64,000 nucleotides of DNA, taken from contig CAVQNG010000003.1 in assembly GCA_963713825.1 (NCBI GenBank), positions 1,696,001 through 1,760,000 on the forward strand. Direction: 5' to 3'. Below are positions 62,967-64,000 of the stretch, piece after piece. Every line of letters starts with the position of its first letter. Position 1 is the first letter of the stretch. The translations under genes and the position numbers were made by a program. Source of the stretch: an uncultured Acidobacteriota bacterium (GTDB lineage Bacteria; Acidobacteriota; Thermoanaerobaculia; Multivoradales; JAHEKO01). The notes beneath the pieces are model-generated. The model was not told the origin of the DNA, did no database searches, and worked only from the letters and a program-made list of their open reading frames with translations.

Positions 62967-64000
62967 CTACCTGCTGCTGATGAGGATGACCGGACAGTTG
63001 GTGGCGTTGATCAGTTGCCGTGTCATCGCACCGAAGACCCTGCGTCGAGAGCTCTGGCGCTGAATCCCCAGAACCAATAGACCGCAATCCGAAGACTCGT
63101 TCGTGAGAGCGCCGATCACATCGTCGCTTTCGAGAACCTGGACTTCGGCTCCTCGTGAGACCTCGTCACTGGCCAATGCAGCGACCTCGCGCCGGGCTTT
63201 CTGCTTCGCAGCTTCGGGGGTTCCCTCAGCCAGGACCCTGAGATATACGACCTCTCGATCTCCGTCGCGGCACAGGCTGCCCAGCAAGCGGGCGCGAAGC
63301 TTGCTCTGGTCGCGACGCCCGCCGACTGGGACCAGGACCCGTCGAGCGTCAGACAACTTCCACCCTTCAGGAGCGCGAAGGATCACGACATCGGATCCGA
63401 CGGCGCTGATGAAGTCCTCGAGACGAGATTCGACGCTCTCGGCCGTGACGTTTCCCAACCCGAGGAGCAGGCTCTCGCAACGGTGAAGGCGTGCCACTCG
63501 CCGTATCTCCGCCCAGGGATCCGGCGCGATGGTGGTCAACCATTCGGGATTGGCTCCGGCCGACAGGGAAAGCGACAGAGACTGATTCAAAATGGCTTCG
63601 ACATCGAGCAACTGCTGCGCAAGATCACCTCGGTGCCAGTCGCCAGGTGGCTGGACGACCGAGAGAAGCAGCACGCGCCCCGACTTCTGAGGTGCCAGAG
63701 CGTTCGCAACTTCAACCAGGCCTGCAGCGCTGCCAGGCTTTGCGATGGGTACCAGGACCAGCGGTGAGCGGCCGCGAAGTCGGACGAGATCCGGCTCCAT
63801 ACCCTCTTGGGATGCGTCCACCACGCGGGCTCGTCTGGCGAAGAGAAAGAAGTAGAGAATGAAACCGAGGCCCAACCAGACCATCACGACCCAACCTGCT
63901 TCGGGTACCGCCAATCCCTGAAACGCCGCGAGAGCGAGGCAGGCGCAACCTCCCAGGATCGGCACGAGGGGAAACCAGGGAACTCGGAAAGACGTTGCCG
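62967..64000 (-). CDS. C-terminal part of an APC permease fused to tandem universal-stress-like domains (5' end outside the window)
   Basis: Frame open to the edge: FRVPWFPLVP + TM helices, then VLVPIA and VLVPVGG USP-like domains, CPVILI. Confidence 0.78.
   Translation of the reverse strand, partial: ATSFRVPWFPLVPILGGCACLALAAFQGLAVPEAGWVVMVWLGLGFILYFFLFARRARVVDASQEGMEPDLVRLRGRSPLVLVPIAKPGSAAGLVEVANALAPQKSGRVLLLSVVQPPGDWHRGDLAQQLLDVEAILNQSLSLSLSAGANPEWLTTIAPDPWAEIRRVARLHRCESLLLGLGNVTAESVESRLEDFISAVGSDVVILRAPEGWKLSDARRVLVPVGGRRDQSKLRARLLGSLCRDGDREVVYLRVLAEGTPEAAKQKARREVAALASDEVSRGAEVQVLESDDVIGALTNESSDCGLLVLGIQRQSSRRRVFGAMTRQLINATNCPVILISSR

Overview
High-GC bacterial chromosomal window with about 41 CDSs and no recognisable rRNA, tRNA, transposase, phage or cas genes. 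TolB/TPR-type Hanks kinases and a C-terminal LFEDAFETGDTSAWS motif suggest an Acidobacteriota (Thermoanaerobaculia-like) organism; this is inference. Coding content is dominated by exported peptidases (M3, S9, S41 tricorn, M1, S8, S10), Ser/Thr/FHA/PP2C signalling, lipid enzymes, a TonB receptor and transporters. Four signals are missed by the ORF track. (1) A signal-peptide-bearing peroxiredoxin-like gene is split by an in-frame UGA in a UxxC motif and followed by a SECIS-like hairpin, so it is a probable selenoprotein (29029-29586). (2) A c-di-GMP-I-type riboswitch lies upstream of the S8 protease (about 53412-53512, minus strand). (3) Intergenic regions carry a modular set of repeats: a 165-bp TIR element (A), an 80-bp hairpin (B), conserved-boundary/variable-hairpin units (C), heptamer and G-rich octamer tandems, and GTAG-type REPs. 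These co-assemble, recombine and enter gene ends. (4) A co-directional cluster encodes a flavin oxidoreductase, a cNMP-binding protein, an FHA/class III cyclase, an SDR and a globin. All calls come from reading motifs by eye; no database searches or folding programs were run.
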